From the NCBI GenBank assembly GCA_963835025.1, contig CAWIEL010000062.1, positions 2,005 to 66,004 of the forward strand: DNA of 64,000 nucleotides, given 5' to 3'. The position numbers and the translations under genes were made by a program. Below, piece by piece: positions 42,090 through 51,103 of the stretch. Position 1 is the first letter of the stretch, and each line of letters begins with the position of its first letter. The notes under the pieces were generated by a model. That model searched no databases. It worked only from the letters and a program-made list of their open reading frames with translations, and had not been told where the DNA came from. The DNA comes from an uncultured Acidobacteriota bacterium (GTDB lineage Bacteria; Acidobacteriota; Terriglobia; Acidiferrales; UBA7541).

Positions 42090-42941
42090 ATGAACGACCG
42101 AACCGAAATGCGTTACGGCGCTCGACATTATGAGCACGGGAGGCACTTGCCGAATCGCATCGCTATTTTTATCGCAGTTTTGTGCGCCGTTGGCTTGGGA
42201 GGTTCCTTCCCCGCGCGCGCGCAGCAGCCCGACGTGAAAAACGTCGTGCTGGTCCACGGTGCTTGGGCCGATGGTTCGGGTTGGAAAGGCGTTTACGAGC
42301 AGCTGGCCAAAGATGGATTTAACGTGACAATCGTGCAAGAGCCGGAGACGTCCTTTGCGGATGACGTGACCGCGGTCAAACGCATCCTCGCGCTGCAAAA
42401 TGGACCGGTCCTTCTTGTGGCCCACAGTTACGGCGGTGCTGTCATTACCGAGGCGGGAACCGACCCGTCCGTGGTGGGCTTGGTGTACGTCGCGGCGCAT
42501 ATGCCGGATGCCGGAGAGAGCGAATCGCAGGACGGCAAGCAATTTCCCAGCGACCTCAGCAAATCGACCGCAATTAAAGTGACGACTGATGGCTTCACCT
42601 ACCTCGACCCCGCCCAATTTCATGCTTTTTTTGCGGCGGACCTGTCGACGGAACAAGCCGATTTTATGGCTCGTTCCCAGGTGCTCAACCCCGCAGCGAG
42701 TTTCAAAGCGGTCATCACCACTGCGGCCTGGAGACAAAAACCGAGTTGGATGGTAGTAGCTGGATCGGATCGAACGATCAACCCCGATCTTGAGCGTTTT
42801 TACGCCAAGCGCGCCGGCAGCCACACCACCGAGATCGCCGGTGCAAGCCATTGTGTTTATGTATCCCACGCCAAGGAAGTCGCCACGGTAATCGAGGGTG
42901 CGGCGCGTACAGCGCCCAAACAGGCCACGCCGAGCAAGTAG
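42090..42941 (+). CDS. Secreted alpha/beta-fold hydrolase
   Basis: Signal peptide, then VVLVHGAWADGSGW, the nucleophile elbow LVAHSYGGAV and a C-terminal AGASHCVYVSH. Confidence 0.85.
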   Translation: MNDRTEMRYGARHYEHGRHLPNRIAIFIAVLCAVGLGGSFPARAQQPDVKNVVLVHGAWADGSGWKGVYEQLAKDGFNVTIVQEPETSFADDVTAVKRILALQNGPVLLVAHSYGGAVITEAGTDPSVVGLVYVAAHMPDAGESESQDGKQFPSDLSKSTAIKVTTDGFTYLDPAQFHAFFAADLSTEQADFMARSQVLNPAASFKAVITTAAWRQKPSWMVVAGSDRTINPDLERFYAKRAGSHTTEIAGASHCVYVSHAKEVATVIEGAARTAPKQATPSK

Positions 42942-43011
42942 CGGTCTTGCGCCAAAATCAGTAGGAGGGGGCGGATCTGACGCCGTCCCACAAGGCAGAC
43001 CTGACAGCGCA

Positions 43012-43152
43012 CTACCGCAGCTTGGCGTACTCGATTTTTGCTTGCTGGTAGATGGGGATTTCGGGGTCGGCGTCTTTCCACAGATTCAGAAAAGCTTGGT
43101 GGGATCTTATTGCGGCGGGCTTATCGCCCTTCAAAGCTCGAGCAGCATTGCA
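43012..43152 (-). pseudogene. Orphan C-terminal tail of a TPR-repeat protein
   Basis: Only the last ~45 codons make sense: ARALKGDKPAAIRSHQAFLNLWKDADPEIPIYQQAKIEYAKLR*. I recall this as the stereotyped C-terminus of acidobacterial TPR (often kinase-linked) proteins. There is no upstream body. Confidence 0.35.
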
Positions 43153-43177
43153 CGCCGGTTCGATGCGCAGCAGATTC

Positions 43178-44845
43178 TCAGTTGGGGTACGGTACGCGCA
43201 GCAAGGTTCCTGAGGTGGACGGCAGAACGTACCGGATGCCGACGTAGACCATGCTGAGGTGCGCATTCTTGGGATCATCCGGAGCCACGAACCAGGGAGC
43301 GCGCGTGAGATAAGAATACTGGGTGTAGTACTGCAAGGCGCCATGCCTCTGGCTCTTCCAGAACGTGAACAGCCAATCGAAAGTGATCTGCTGGATGGCG
43401 CGGTTGTTGGTGTTTGGTGAACCGGGGCCGCCGTAGCCAATAATCGCTCCGGGATTTGTGGTGTTCGTGGTGTCTGGAAAGAAATTCCGGCCGTAATAAT
43501 CCGCGCCGTAGTAAACGGCGAACGCTTCCTTTTGGCTGGCGCGCCACTCGAATCCGGCGGAAGCAGCGCCGGCATGCAGCATGGAAAGATCAATGTTGTT
43601 TCCGGCAGCGTTGGGACGCACCACAAGTTGTGGGCCGGTGCCGACCAGGTAGTGGGCACCGCCGTCGCTCCAAAAAACATTCCCGAGGATGACGAGCTTG
43701 TTGGGGATCAATTCGTAGTTCATTGCGACTTGACCGCCGCCACCGAAAGCATTGTGCCGCTCGAATGAAGTGGACCCAGTGGGCAGCACCGAGGCGTGCG
43801 CGCCGGTGAGAAAGCCCGCAAGTTCGGCATGAAAGTGCCGGCGGGAAAGTTCGGTGTCATACGTGGTCTTAGCCAGGATGTCCGGCATAAGATTCGCCGC
43901 GCCCGCGTTTGCGTTGTTATCGAACTGCGTGCCAATCGAGCTGAACCCGGCCGGAAGCGCGACATAGTTGCCGATGTATTGATTGGGATTTTCGATTCCC
44001 GCGCCGATGGCCCAATGGTCGTTGAGGTGATACGCAACGCGAAATTCGGCCGCGCGGGTATACGGTACGCCGACCCCGAGGTTCTGATCTTCATTGTAGG
44101 TGATGGCTAAGTCGGAAGGCAGGGGGCCGATGCCATTGCGGTTCGGCGTCATCCAACTCCAGGTTTGCCCGCCTAAAATCTCCCAGTTCCCGCGCTTCGA
44201 ATACCCGAAGTAAAGCCGCAACCGGTTTGTCAGACCATTCACGCTTTGATACACGCCCGGAGCACTGTTTCCGCTGAAGTCTCCTTCGACGTAGCCAACC
44301 AGCTGGGTGCCCCTGAAATTGTCTTCGAGCTTCAGGCTGAGGCGCGAGAACTGCGCTGTGCTGCGAAATTCGGTAGAACGTCCTTGGGCCGTGTTGCCGA
44401 AAGGTATGCCCGCAAAATTCGTGGCGATGTTGCTCTGGGTGTTCGTGGTTCGAAATATACTCTCGAAATCGACGAAACCTCCGGGAGTCAAGACCGCATC
44501 GCCGAGTTTAATCGACCCGGCCGAAGTCGGTGATGCAGCCGGCTGCGTCAGTTGATCGGCGGGTGGCTTCGCGGCGTTGGCGACGCCATTCCGGATTTCC
44601 GCGGGCGCTGCGGGTGCAGGGGTACCTGCCCCGCTGCTCTTCAGCTCGGCCTTCAATACTTGTATTTCCTGTTGCTGCGCCGCGACTTGCTGCTGAGTTT
44701 GCAGGAGCGCCTGACGCAGGGCGTCCAACTGGGTGGCAAGGTCGGGAGCGCTCGCCGCCGAATCGGTCGGGCGGGTGGGCGCCTGACCGTACGTGAGTCC
44801 GGGCACGAGCAGCAGAAAACATAGGGTTCCCCAAATAATTCGCAT
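43178..44845 (-). CDS. Outer-membrane beta-barrel porin-like protein with N-terminal coiled coil
   Basis: The signal peptide is MRIIWGTLCFLLLVPGLTYGQ. The coiled coil reads LATQLDALRQALLQTQQQVAAQQQEIQVLKAELK. It is followed by alternating aromatic/Gly-rich strands. Start chosen at the internal ATG (44845). Confidence 0.6.
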   Translation of the reverse strand: MRIIWGTLCFLLLVPGLTYGQAPTRPTDSAASAPDLATQLDALRQALLQTQQQVAAQQQEIQVLKAELKSSGAGTPAPAAPAEIRNGVANAAKPPADQLTQPAASPTSAGSIKLGDAVLTPGGFVDFESIFRTTNTQSNIATNFAGIPFGNTAQGRSTEFRSTAQFSRLSLKLEDNFRGTQLVGYVEGDFSGNSAPGVYQSVNGLTNRLRLYFGYSKRGNWEILGGQTWSWMTPNRNGIGPLPSDLAITYNEDQNLGVGVPYTRAAEFRVAYHLNDHWAIGAGIENPNQYIGNYVALPAGFSSIGTQFDNNANAGAANLMPDILAKTTYDTELSRRHFHAELAGFLTGAHASVLPTGSTSFERHNAFGGGGQVAMNYELIPNKLVILGNVFWSDGGAHYLVGTGPQLVVRPNAAGNNIDLSMLHAGAASAGFEWRASQKEAFAVYYGADYYGRNFFPDTTNTTNPGAIIGYGGPGSPNTNNRAIQQITFDWLFTFWKSQRHGALQYYTQYSYLTRAPWFVAPDDPKNAHLSMVYVGIRYVLPSTSGTLLRVPYPN

Positions 44846-44994
44846 CCTAGACCTCAAGATCTTGCCTGCGTCCACCGTGCGCGTGGCATTCGCCAGAATG
44901 GGCGGCCGACACCAATCCCTGCGTTGACACACCCGCACCGGCGTGTGGCCCACGGTTTGTAAAAACATCTTGGCGAAAATTGGCCGGCGAAAAC

Positions 44995-46743
44995 CTAGAT
45001 CGATTCCAGAGACTCGCTGGCGTGCCGAATGTTGCCTTTTACCGTGTCCATCACCTCGTCGATGTTCCCGGCGAGAACCATTTTCCCTAGCGCTAGCGCG
45101 AAGCCCACCGCTTGCGATTTATCCGCATGGGAAGGAATCGAAAGAGCGTTCGGATCGGTGACGACGTCGATGAGCGCGGGTCCGTTATGCGCCAGCGCCT
45201 TCTTGAAACCCGAAGTTAGATCCGCCGGATTTTCGATTCTCACGCCCATCATGCCGACGGCTTCGGCCAGCTTGGCGAAGTTCGGATTCTTCAGATCGGT
45301 TTGATAATCCGGGAATCCTCCGGTTTCCATCTCTAGTTTCACCATTCCTAATGCGCCGTTGTTGAACACCAGCACTTTGATCGGGAGGTCGTACTGCGTC
45401 AGGGTCAGCAAGTCGCCCATGAGCATGGCGAACCCGCCGTCGCCGGACATCGAGATGACCTGCCTGCCGGGATAAGCGCACTGGGCGCCGATCGCTTGGG
45501 GCAGTGCGTTCGCCATGGACCCGTGATTGAAAGAACCGATAATCCGCCGGCCCTTGGTCGCCTTGATATAACGCGCAGACCACACGTTACACATCCCGGT
45601 GTCGGCGGTAAAAATCGCGTCAGCTGCCGCGACTTCACTGAGAGCCGCAGCAACCGGCTCCGGATGCATGGGCAAACGGGTTCCGACATGGTCCACGTAC
45701 ACGTTCATTTTTTGCATCTTCTCTTTGTGCTTGGCGATCGTGGTCTGCAAGTATTCGCGGCTCTGCTTACCCTCCAACATCGGCATCAGGGCTTGCAGGG
45801 TCTCCTTTACGTCGCCCCAGATTCCCAGGTCGAGTTTGCTGCGCCGTCCCAATCGCTCTACGCGGATGTCGATTTGCGCGATCTTGCACTTCGTCGGGAG
45901 GAACTTGTCGTACGGAAAATCAGTGCCCAAAAGCAACAAAAGGTCGCATTCGTGAATGGCCTCGTACGCCATACCGAAACCAATCATTCCGGTCATTCCG
46001 ACATCGTAGGGATTGTCGTATTCGATGAACGGCTTTCCCCGGTAGGAATGCGCAACGGGAGCTTTCACTTTCTCCGCGAGTGCGACGACTTCGTCGTGAG
46101 CGTCCTCGCAGCCGATTCCGCAGAAGAGAGCAACTTTTTTAGCGGAATTGATCAGATCCGCCAGTTTCGCCAGGTCCTTTTGGCCTGGACGGATGCTCGG
46201 CCGATGGGTGACCAGGGAGCGCATGCCGCCGTTTGGCGGTGCGTCCATTCCAACGATATCGCCGGGCAGTACGACCACGCCCACTCCACCTTGTCCAATC
46301 GCACTCTGCATGGCGACGTGTAGAACTCGTTCGAACTGAGCCGGGTTCGAGATCAGCTCGCAGTAGTGGCTGCATTCCTGAAACAGGTTCTGCGGATGGG
46401 TTTCCTGAAAATATCCGGTGCCGACCTCACTGCTGGGAATATGCGAGGCGATGGCCAGCACCGGCGCATTGCTGCGATGCGCATCGAAAAGTCCGTTGAT
46501 CAGGTGCAGGTTGCCCGGTCCGCAACTGCCTGCGCAGGCGGCGAGCTTGCCGGTAAGCTGCGCTTCCGCGCCGGCCGCAAACGCGCCGGCTTCTTCATTG
46601 CGCACGTGGATCCATTTCACTTTGTTGTTCAGGCGCAGCGCGTCCGTCACCGGATTCAAACTGTCGCCGACGACGCCGTAAATCCTTTCCACGCCGGCTT
46701 CGGCGAGTCTGCGGATCAATTCATCTGCAATTCTGTTTGGCAT
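44995..46743 (-). CDS. poxB: Pyruvate dehydrogenase (quinone) / pyruvate oxidase, ThDP- and FAD-dependent
   Basis: Colinear with E. coli PoxB as recalled: RIYGVVGDSLN, HEE.AAFAAGAEAQLTGKLAACAGSCGPGNLHLINGLFD, GYFQETHPQNLFQECSHYCEL, NPYDVGMTGMIGF, GSFNHGSMANALPQAIGAQ and SGDGGFAMLMGD. Confidence 0.9.
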   Translation of the reverse strand: MPNRIADELIRRLAEAGVERIYGVVGDSLNPVTDALRLNNKVKWIHVRNEEAGAFAAGAEAQLTGKLAACAGSCGPGNLHLINGLFDAHRSNAPVLAIASHIPSSEVGTGYFQETHPQNLFQECSHYCELISNPAQFERVLHVAMQSAIGQGGVGVVVLPGDIVGMDAPPNGGMRSLVTHRPSIRPGQKDLAKLADLINSAKKVALFCGIGCEDAHDEVVALAEKVKAPVAHSYRGKPFIEYDNPYDVGMTGMIGFGMAYEAIHECDLLLLLGTDFPYDKFLPTKCKIAQIDIRVERLGRRSKLDLGIWGDVKETLQALMPMLEGKQSREYLQTTIAKHKEKMQKMNVYVDHVGTRLPMHPEPVAAALSEVAAADAIFTADTGMCNVWSARYIKATKGRRIIGSFNHGSMANALPQAIGAQCAYPGRQVISMSGDGGFAMLMGDLLTLTQYDLPIKVLVFNNGALGMVKLEMETGGFPDYQTDLKNPNFAKLAEAVGMMGVRIENPADLTSGFKKALAHNGPALIDVVTDPNALSIPSHADKSQAVGFALALGKMVLAGNIDEVMDTVKGNIRHASESLESI

Positions 46744-46832
46744 TTTCTGGTCTCCTTCATTGATTGCCGCACTCGTGAAACGAAATGAATTTGTCTTCGA
46801 TCGGCTAAGGTATCGTCAAGCCTACCCGGCAT

Positions 46833-48107
46833 CTATACCGCTTTCGCTGGAGTCCGTGGCTGCGCCGCGGGTCCGGTCTCGCGGAGAAAAAAGCTCACCA
46901 CGATGGCGGCCGCGCAGCAAACGATCCAGAAAAATGCCCCTTTCTGAAAGTGAAGATGCAGGTCCGCCGCGGTTCCGATGCCCCGGCCGATGTGCTTGGC
47001 ATACACCGGGCCAAGGAATGCGGTAATTCCAAAGACCAGAAAATTGATCCCGCCGGTTGCGCTGCCCTTTACGTTGTCTGGATTCACTTCCTTGATGACG
47101 CTATAGGGAATCATCGCCGCGCCCGAGGCGACGCCAAATATAAACATCGCGACGTGCGGTGGAACGGGGAGGAATTTGAGAGCGAGCTGCGCCGCGGCCA
47201 GGATCATGACCGCCGCGCTCCCCATAATCACTGGCTTCCGCCGTCCGATGCGGTCCGAAAGCCAGCCTAGAAGCGGGCATCCAAAAACCCAGCCGAGCGG
47301 AACCATGGAGGCGATGAGTACCGCATTGTGATAGGAAAACTGCATATCTTTTTGAAATGCGGCTACGCCCCAAATCATGTCGCCGATCGTGGTCGGTGCG
47401 AACAACAGTCCGGCGATTAAGCCGCAGAGATAGGATTGGGGATTTGAAAACACGATCTTGTACGGCTGCAGCACGGAAGCGAAACCTGCTTCTTGCGCGC
47501 GCCGTGCAGATTGCTCTTTCGGAGTGGTGAAATACAAAAGCGCTGCGTTGGCCAAGACGATGACTCCCAGCCCAATCCAGATGGCGTGCACTTCCAGCCC
47601 ATGTTCGATCATCGGTCCCACAGCGAACTGCCCGGCCGAACCGCCCAACATCCCGACGCACTGGGTGAAGCCAATTGCAGTGGCCAGGTAGCGTGCAGAG
47701 AATCCGTGAGCCGCGAGGTACACGGCACCGGTGAAAGCGAAGGCCGAGCCTGCTCCTTGCAACAAGCGGCCGATGTCGCCCGCGAGCACTGCGCCGGCGC
47801 TGAACACCAGACAACCGATACCCAAGATTGCAGCGCCCACCGGAACGGTGCGCTTGGCACCCAGGCGATCAAGCGCCGCACCGGCAACCAGGCTCATCGT
47901 CGAGTACGTATAGTAATAAGCCCCTAAAATCGCGCTGATGCCGAGCGCCGTGGTGTGAAAGGACGCTTCCAGCTGCGGGATCATCACCGCTGGGCTGGAC
48001 CTCACCGCATATTCGAGAAAATAAAAAATCACCGTGAAACCCCAGGCAATGGCAAACGCCCGTGTCTGGGTTCCTGCCTGTTTTTGGTCTAATGCTGGGG
48101 TGGCCAT
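46833..48107 (-). CDS. MFS transporter
   Basis: 424 aa with 12 hydrophobic segments. The loop 2-3 type motif is LDRLGAKRT and the second-half equivalent is LSDRIGRRKP. Confidence 0.85.
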   Translation of the reverse strand: MATPALDQKQAGTQTRAFAIAWGFTVIFYFLEYAVRSSPAVMIPQLEASFHTTALGISAILGAYYYTYSTMSLVAGAALDRLGAKRTVPVGAAILGIGCLVFSAGAVLAGDIGRLLQGAGSAFAFTGAVYLAAHGFSARYLATAIGFTQCVGMLGGSAGQFAVGPMIEHGLEVHAIWIGLGVIVLANAALLYFTTPKEQSARRAQEAGFASVLQPYKIVFSNPQSYLCGLIAGLLFAPTTIGDMIWGVAAFQKDMQFSYHNAVLIASMVPLGWVFGCPLLGWLSDRIGRRKPVIMGSAAVMILAAAQLALKFLPVPPHVAMFIFGVASGAAMIPYSVIKEVNPDNVKGSATGGINFLVFGITAFLGPVYAKHIGRGIGTAADLHLHFQKGAFFWIVCCAAAIVVSFFLRETGPAAQPRTPAKAV

Positions 48108-48566
48108 AATTCTGTGAAACCTCTCTCTTCGAAGATGCGAGGGGAGTCGTCATCAGCGACGATTCCTTTCATCTTCGTTGGCGCGCCCGCCGCGACCCGT
48201 AGAACTTCTCGAAGGCGACTCATGCACGCTGCTTGCCAACGATGTTGCTGAAGTAGGTTGCTGAAAACAGAGGCGTTGCTTTTTTTCGCGGCCCTTGGAT
48301 CACTGAACGACTGTCAATCCATTCACGAAAATGCCGAGGCTCTGACCAAGCACCGTTCGTTGCGCGAAGCGAAAACCAGCGGCTGGCTCCCGTCACAGAT
48401 TCGACGTTACCGTCAAATCTCCGCCGTGAATCGCGAGCGGCACGATCTCCCGCGGTGTTTATTGGCGAACTGAATGTCTCCCTCGCGTTGAAAACAAAAT
48501 GCCTAGCTAAAAGCGCCCAGCAAAGTTCGTCTTGGACGCTAACTTGCTCTCGCAGGTCAGCGAAAC

Positions 48567-49313
48567 ATGGGGGGATTGCCAGTGAGCACAGCTGTAAGTT
48601 TTGTTGGACACATCAAGCCCGCGACAAATCGCGGGCCCTCGCCCGCCTTTAGGCCCAGAAAAAGGAACGCGCGATCAAGCTCCTGCGCGCTCCCAAGCTG
48701 CGACGCGGACCAGGCGGCCGAGACTCATGCGGACGCCGCGGGAAGACGAGCTTTCGAAGAGATGTTTATGGCCTCTCGCCCGAAATTCGTGGCCATGGCC
48801 CGCTCCATCCTTCGCAATCGGGAAGACGCTGAAGACGCGGTTCAGAATTCTTTTCTTTCAGGGTATCTGCATTTGCAGAGCTTCGAAGGCCGCTCCGCGC
48901 TCAGCACTTGGTTCACGCGCATCGTCTTGAATTCAGCATTGATGATTCAACGGAAACGGAAACGATTGACGATTCACTCATTCGCCGACGGCCACGAGAG
49001 GGATGAATCGGAATGGAGCGACGGCCCTCTGGACTCGGGACGCGATCCCGAGGCGATTCATGCGGAACACGAGATTCTCCAACTGCTCGACGGGATCCTG
49101 GGGAAAATGAAACCGGCGATGCGACAAGCCTTCACTCTGAGTTATTTTGACGAATTGTCGGGACCGGAAGCTTGCGCCATGCTGGGTGTACCTGCGGAAA
49201 CGTTTAAAGCGAGACTGTTCCGGGCTAAACGCCACGTTTTCGGCCAGGCCAAACGAACCATGATGACGCGCCCGCAGAACACAAGTTTGCCGGGGAAGAA
49301 ACTCTCAAAATAA
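48567..49313 (+). CDS. ECF-type sigma-70 family RNA polymerase sigma factor (start uncertain)
   Basis: Region 2 reads FVAMARSILRNREDAEDAVQNSFLSGYLHL..STWFTRIVLNSALMIQRKRK. Region 4 reads MRQAFTLSYFDELSGPEACAMLGVPAETFKARLFRAKRHV. No adjacent anti-sigma gene is seen. Confidence 0.8.
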   Translation: MGGLPVSTAVSFVGHIKPATNRGPSPAFRPRKRNARSSSCALPSCDADQAAETHADAAGRRAFEEMFMASRPKFVAMARSILRNREDAEDAVQNSFLSGYLHLQSFEGRSALSTWFTRIVLNSALMIQRKRKRLTIHSFADGHERDESEWSDGPLDSGRDPEAIHAEHEILQLLDGILGKMKPAMRQAFTLSYFDELSGPEACAMLGVPAETFKARLFRAKRHVFGQAKRTMMTRPQNTSLPGKKLSK

Positions 49314-49364
49314 ATTTCCCGTCAGCGATACTCGCAAACGATACGGAACTGAGGAGATTTGCGC

Positions 49365-50435
49365 CTACTCTAACGAATTGCCGACCGGCGCGGTGATGCC
49401 CAGGCGCTTCATTTTATAAAACAAAGTGGTCCGCTTCAGGCCGAGCCTGGCGGCTGCGCCCCGCGGGCCTCCGAGCTTCCAATTGGACCGCTGGCACGCC
49501 GCTAGGATTTCTTGACGCACCTTGTCTTCGAGGGTGGGATTTAACATTTCGGGCTGCGGAGCCGGCGTGCATTCCAGCGGCCCTGGCGCAAACACCTCAT
49601 CATTCGAAAGGATCACCCCGCGGGCGATGTAGTTTTGCAGTTCGCGAATGTTGCCCGGCCAATCGTGGCGCGCAAGGGAGCGCATGGTCTGCGGGGGAAT
49701 CAAGCGGATCGATTTGCCCATCGAAGCGGCAAACTGCCGCACAAAATATTCCACGAGGTCGGGGATGTCGGCCTTTCGTTCGCGCAGCGGCGGCAGATAA
49801 ATCGGAAAGACGTTAAGGCGATAGTAGAGGTCTTCGCGGAATTCACGTTGTTGAGCCATCTGCCTCAGGTCTTGATTGGTCGCGGCCACCACCCGAACGT
49901 CGATTCGCTTGGTCCGCGTGCTGCCGACCGCTTCGAACTCCTGCTCCTGCAGGACCCGGAGCAACTTGGGCTGCAGCTCCAGCGGGAGGTCCCCAATTTC
50001 ATCGAGGAACAGCGTGCCGCGGTCGGCCAGCGAGAAGCGGCCGACATGAGAATTGACCGCCCCGGTAAAGGCCCCGCGTTCGTGGCCAAAGAGTTCGCTT
50101 TCCAGAAGGCCGGTTGGGATTGCCGCGCAATTGACTTTCACCAAGCTGCGGTTTCGCCGGGGGCTGCACTCGTGGATCGCGCGCGCGATGACTTCTTTTC
50201 CAGTGCCGGTTTCGCCGGCGATCAGAACCGTTGTGTTGGTGGGCGCTACCGCTTCGACCAGACCAAGTATGCTGCGGAGACTTCCACGCCGACCGACGAT
50301 GGTCTCCATAAAAGGAATTTCCGGGCGGCCGTCGGTGCGAGCGCGCAATTCCTCACTGAGATACACCGCGGCGTTCTTTGGCAGGTGTCCCGTGTTTTTA
50401 TTGATTTGAATTACAGAATGGCAAGCTGCGCTCAT
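49365..50435 (-). CDS. Sigma-54-dependent transcriptional activator lacking an N-terminal sensory domain (AAA+ + Fis-type HTH only)
   Basis: About 45 aa precede the AAA+ core. Motifs are GETGTGKEVIARAIH, the GAFTGA loop (ESELFGHERGAFTGA), LFLDEIGDL, RVVAATN and a C-terminal AARLGLKRTTLFYKMKRLGI. A GGAGGA Shine-Dalgarno lies 7 nt upstream of the ATG. Confidence 0.9.
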   Translation of the reverse strand: MSAACHSVIQINKNTGHLPKNAAVYLSEELRARTDGRPEIPFMETIVGRRGSLRSILGLVEAVAPTNTTVLIAGETGTGKEVIARAIHECSPRRNRSLVKVNCAAIPTGLLESELFGHERGAFTGAVNSHVGRFSLADRGTLFLDEIGDLPLELQPKLLRVLQEQEFEAVGSTRTKRIDVRVVAATNQDLRQMAQQREFREDLYYRLNVFPIYLPPLRERKADIPDLVEYFVRQFAASMGKSIRLIPPQTMRSLARHDWPGNIRELQNYIARGVILSNDEVFAPGPLECTPAPQPEMLNPTLEDKVRQEILAACQRSNWKLGGPRGAAARLGLKRTTLFYKMKRLGITAPVGNSLE

Positions 50436-50489
50436 AGATGCTCCTCCGCCCGCAGACGCTTAGACCATGCGAGGCGAGTTCATATCTGA

Positions 50490-50774
50490 TCACTCCGGAC
50501 TTTTTCGAGACTTTCTTGCACGCCGCTCTCTGCGGATCAATTCTCGAATGTAGCCGCCGCAGTTCTCCAGCTGGATCGATTCGGTTTCCCACTTTTCCAG
50601 AAACTTCACGGCCTCGGAGTCCACCGTCCTTAAATCGGTGCAGTCCAAAATGAGCCGCCCGCTTTTTGCTTCAGCCGCAATCACCGCTTCCATATCGGCC
50701 AGGTTTTCCGCGGTTAAGTCACCGCTGACTTTCAACACCACTACGCCGTTGCCTTCCCGCGTGATTCTCAGCAT
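50490..50774 (-). CDS. Small STAS-like (anti-sigma-antagonist fold) protein, co-oriented 55 nt upstream of the sigma-54 activator
   Basis: VVLKVSGDLTAENLADMEAVIAAEAKSGRLILDCTDLRTVDSEAVKFLEKW..IQLENCGGYIRELI follows the STAS layout (beta-strand, GELD-like, vvlDls.v.fiDS). Alternative starts are 50786 (ATG) and 50801 (GTG). Fold assignment is by pattern only. Confidence 0.5.
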   Translation of the reverse strand: MLRITREGNGVVVLKVSGDLTAENLADMEAVIAAEAKSGRLILDCTDLRTVDSEAVKFLEKWETESIQLENCGGYIRELIRRERRARKSRKSPE

Positions 50775-50812
50775 CGGCAGCCTCATCGAGATCACAATCA
50801 CTGCCTGTCGGA

Positions 50813-50830
50813 AAGCAGTTGATGCGCCAA
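50813..50830 (-). promoter_or_regulatory. Candidate sigma-54 (-24/-12) promoter in front of the STAS-activator pair
   Basis: The minus strand reads TTGGCGCATCAACTGCTTTCC, i.e. TGGCGC-N5-CTGCT against the consensus TGGCAC-N5-TTGCW. The invariant GG and GC have correct spacing. It lies 12-40 nt upstream of the possible start codons. Confidence 0.25.
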
Positions 50831-51103
50831 TTCTAAATTATTGAAAACAATAATCATTCATCCGTGGTATAACGCCGAAGGTTCGACAATTGGCGAGCTT
50901 CGGTACAAATCCGGAAACAATCTCGCTGCTCTATTTCCAAAAGAAATAGGGCAACTAAAGTTTGCGCGGTGAATCGAACGCTCCTAAATCCCGGTTCGGG
51001 GACGGGTTTACCCTACGAAGCTCCCGAAGCCCTGAACCCAGTTCACGGATAGAAAGAGGTTCAGCCCAGTCGAGTTTTTTCCGACCGGCTGGTCGAGTGC
51101 ATT

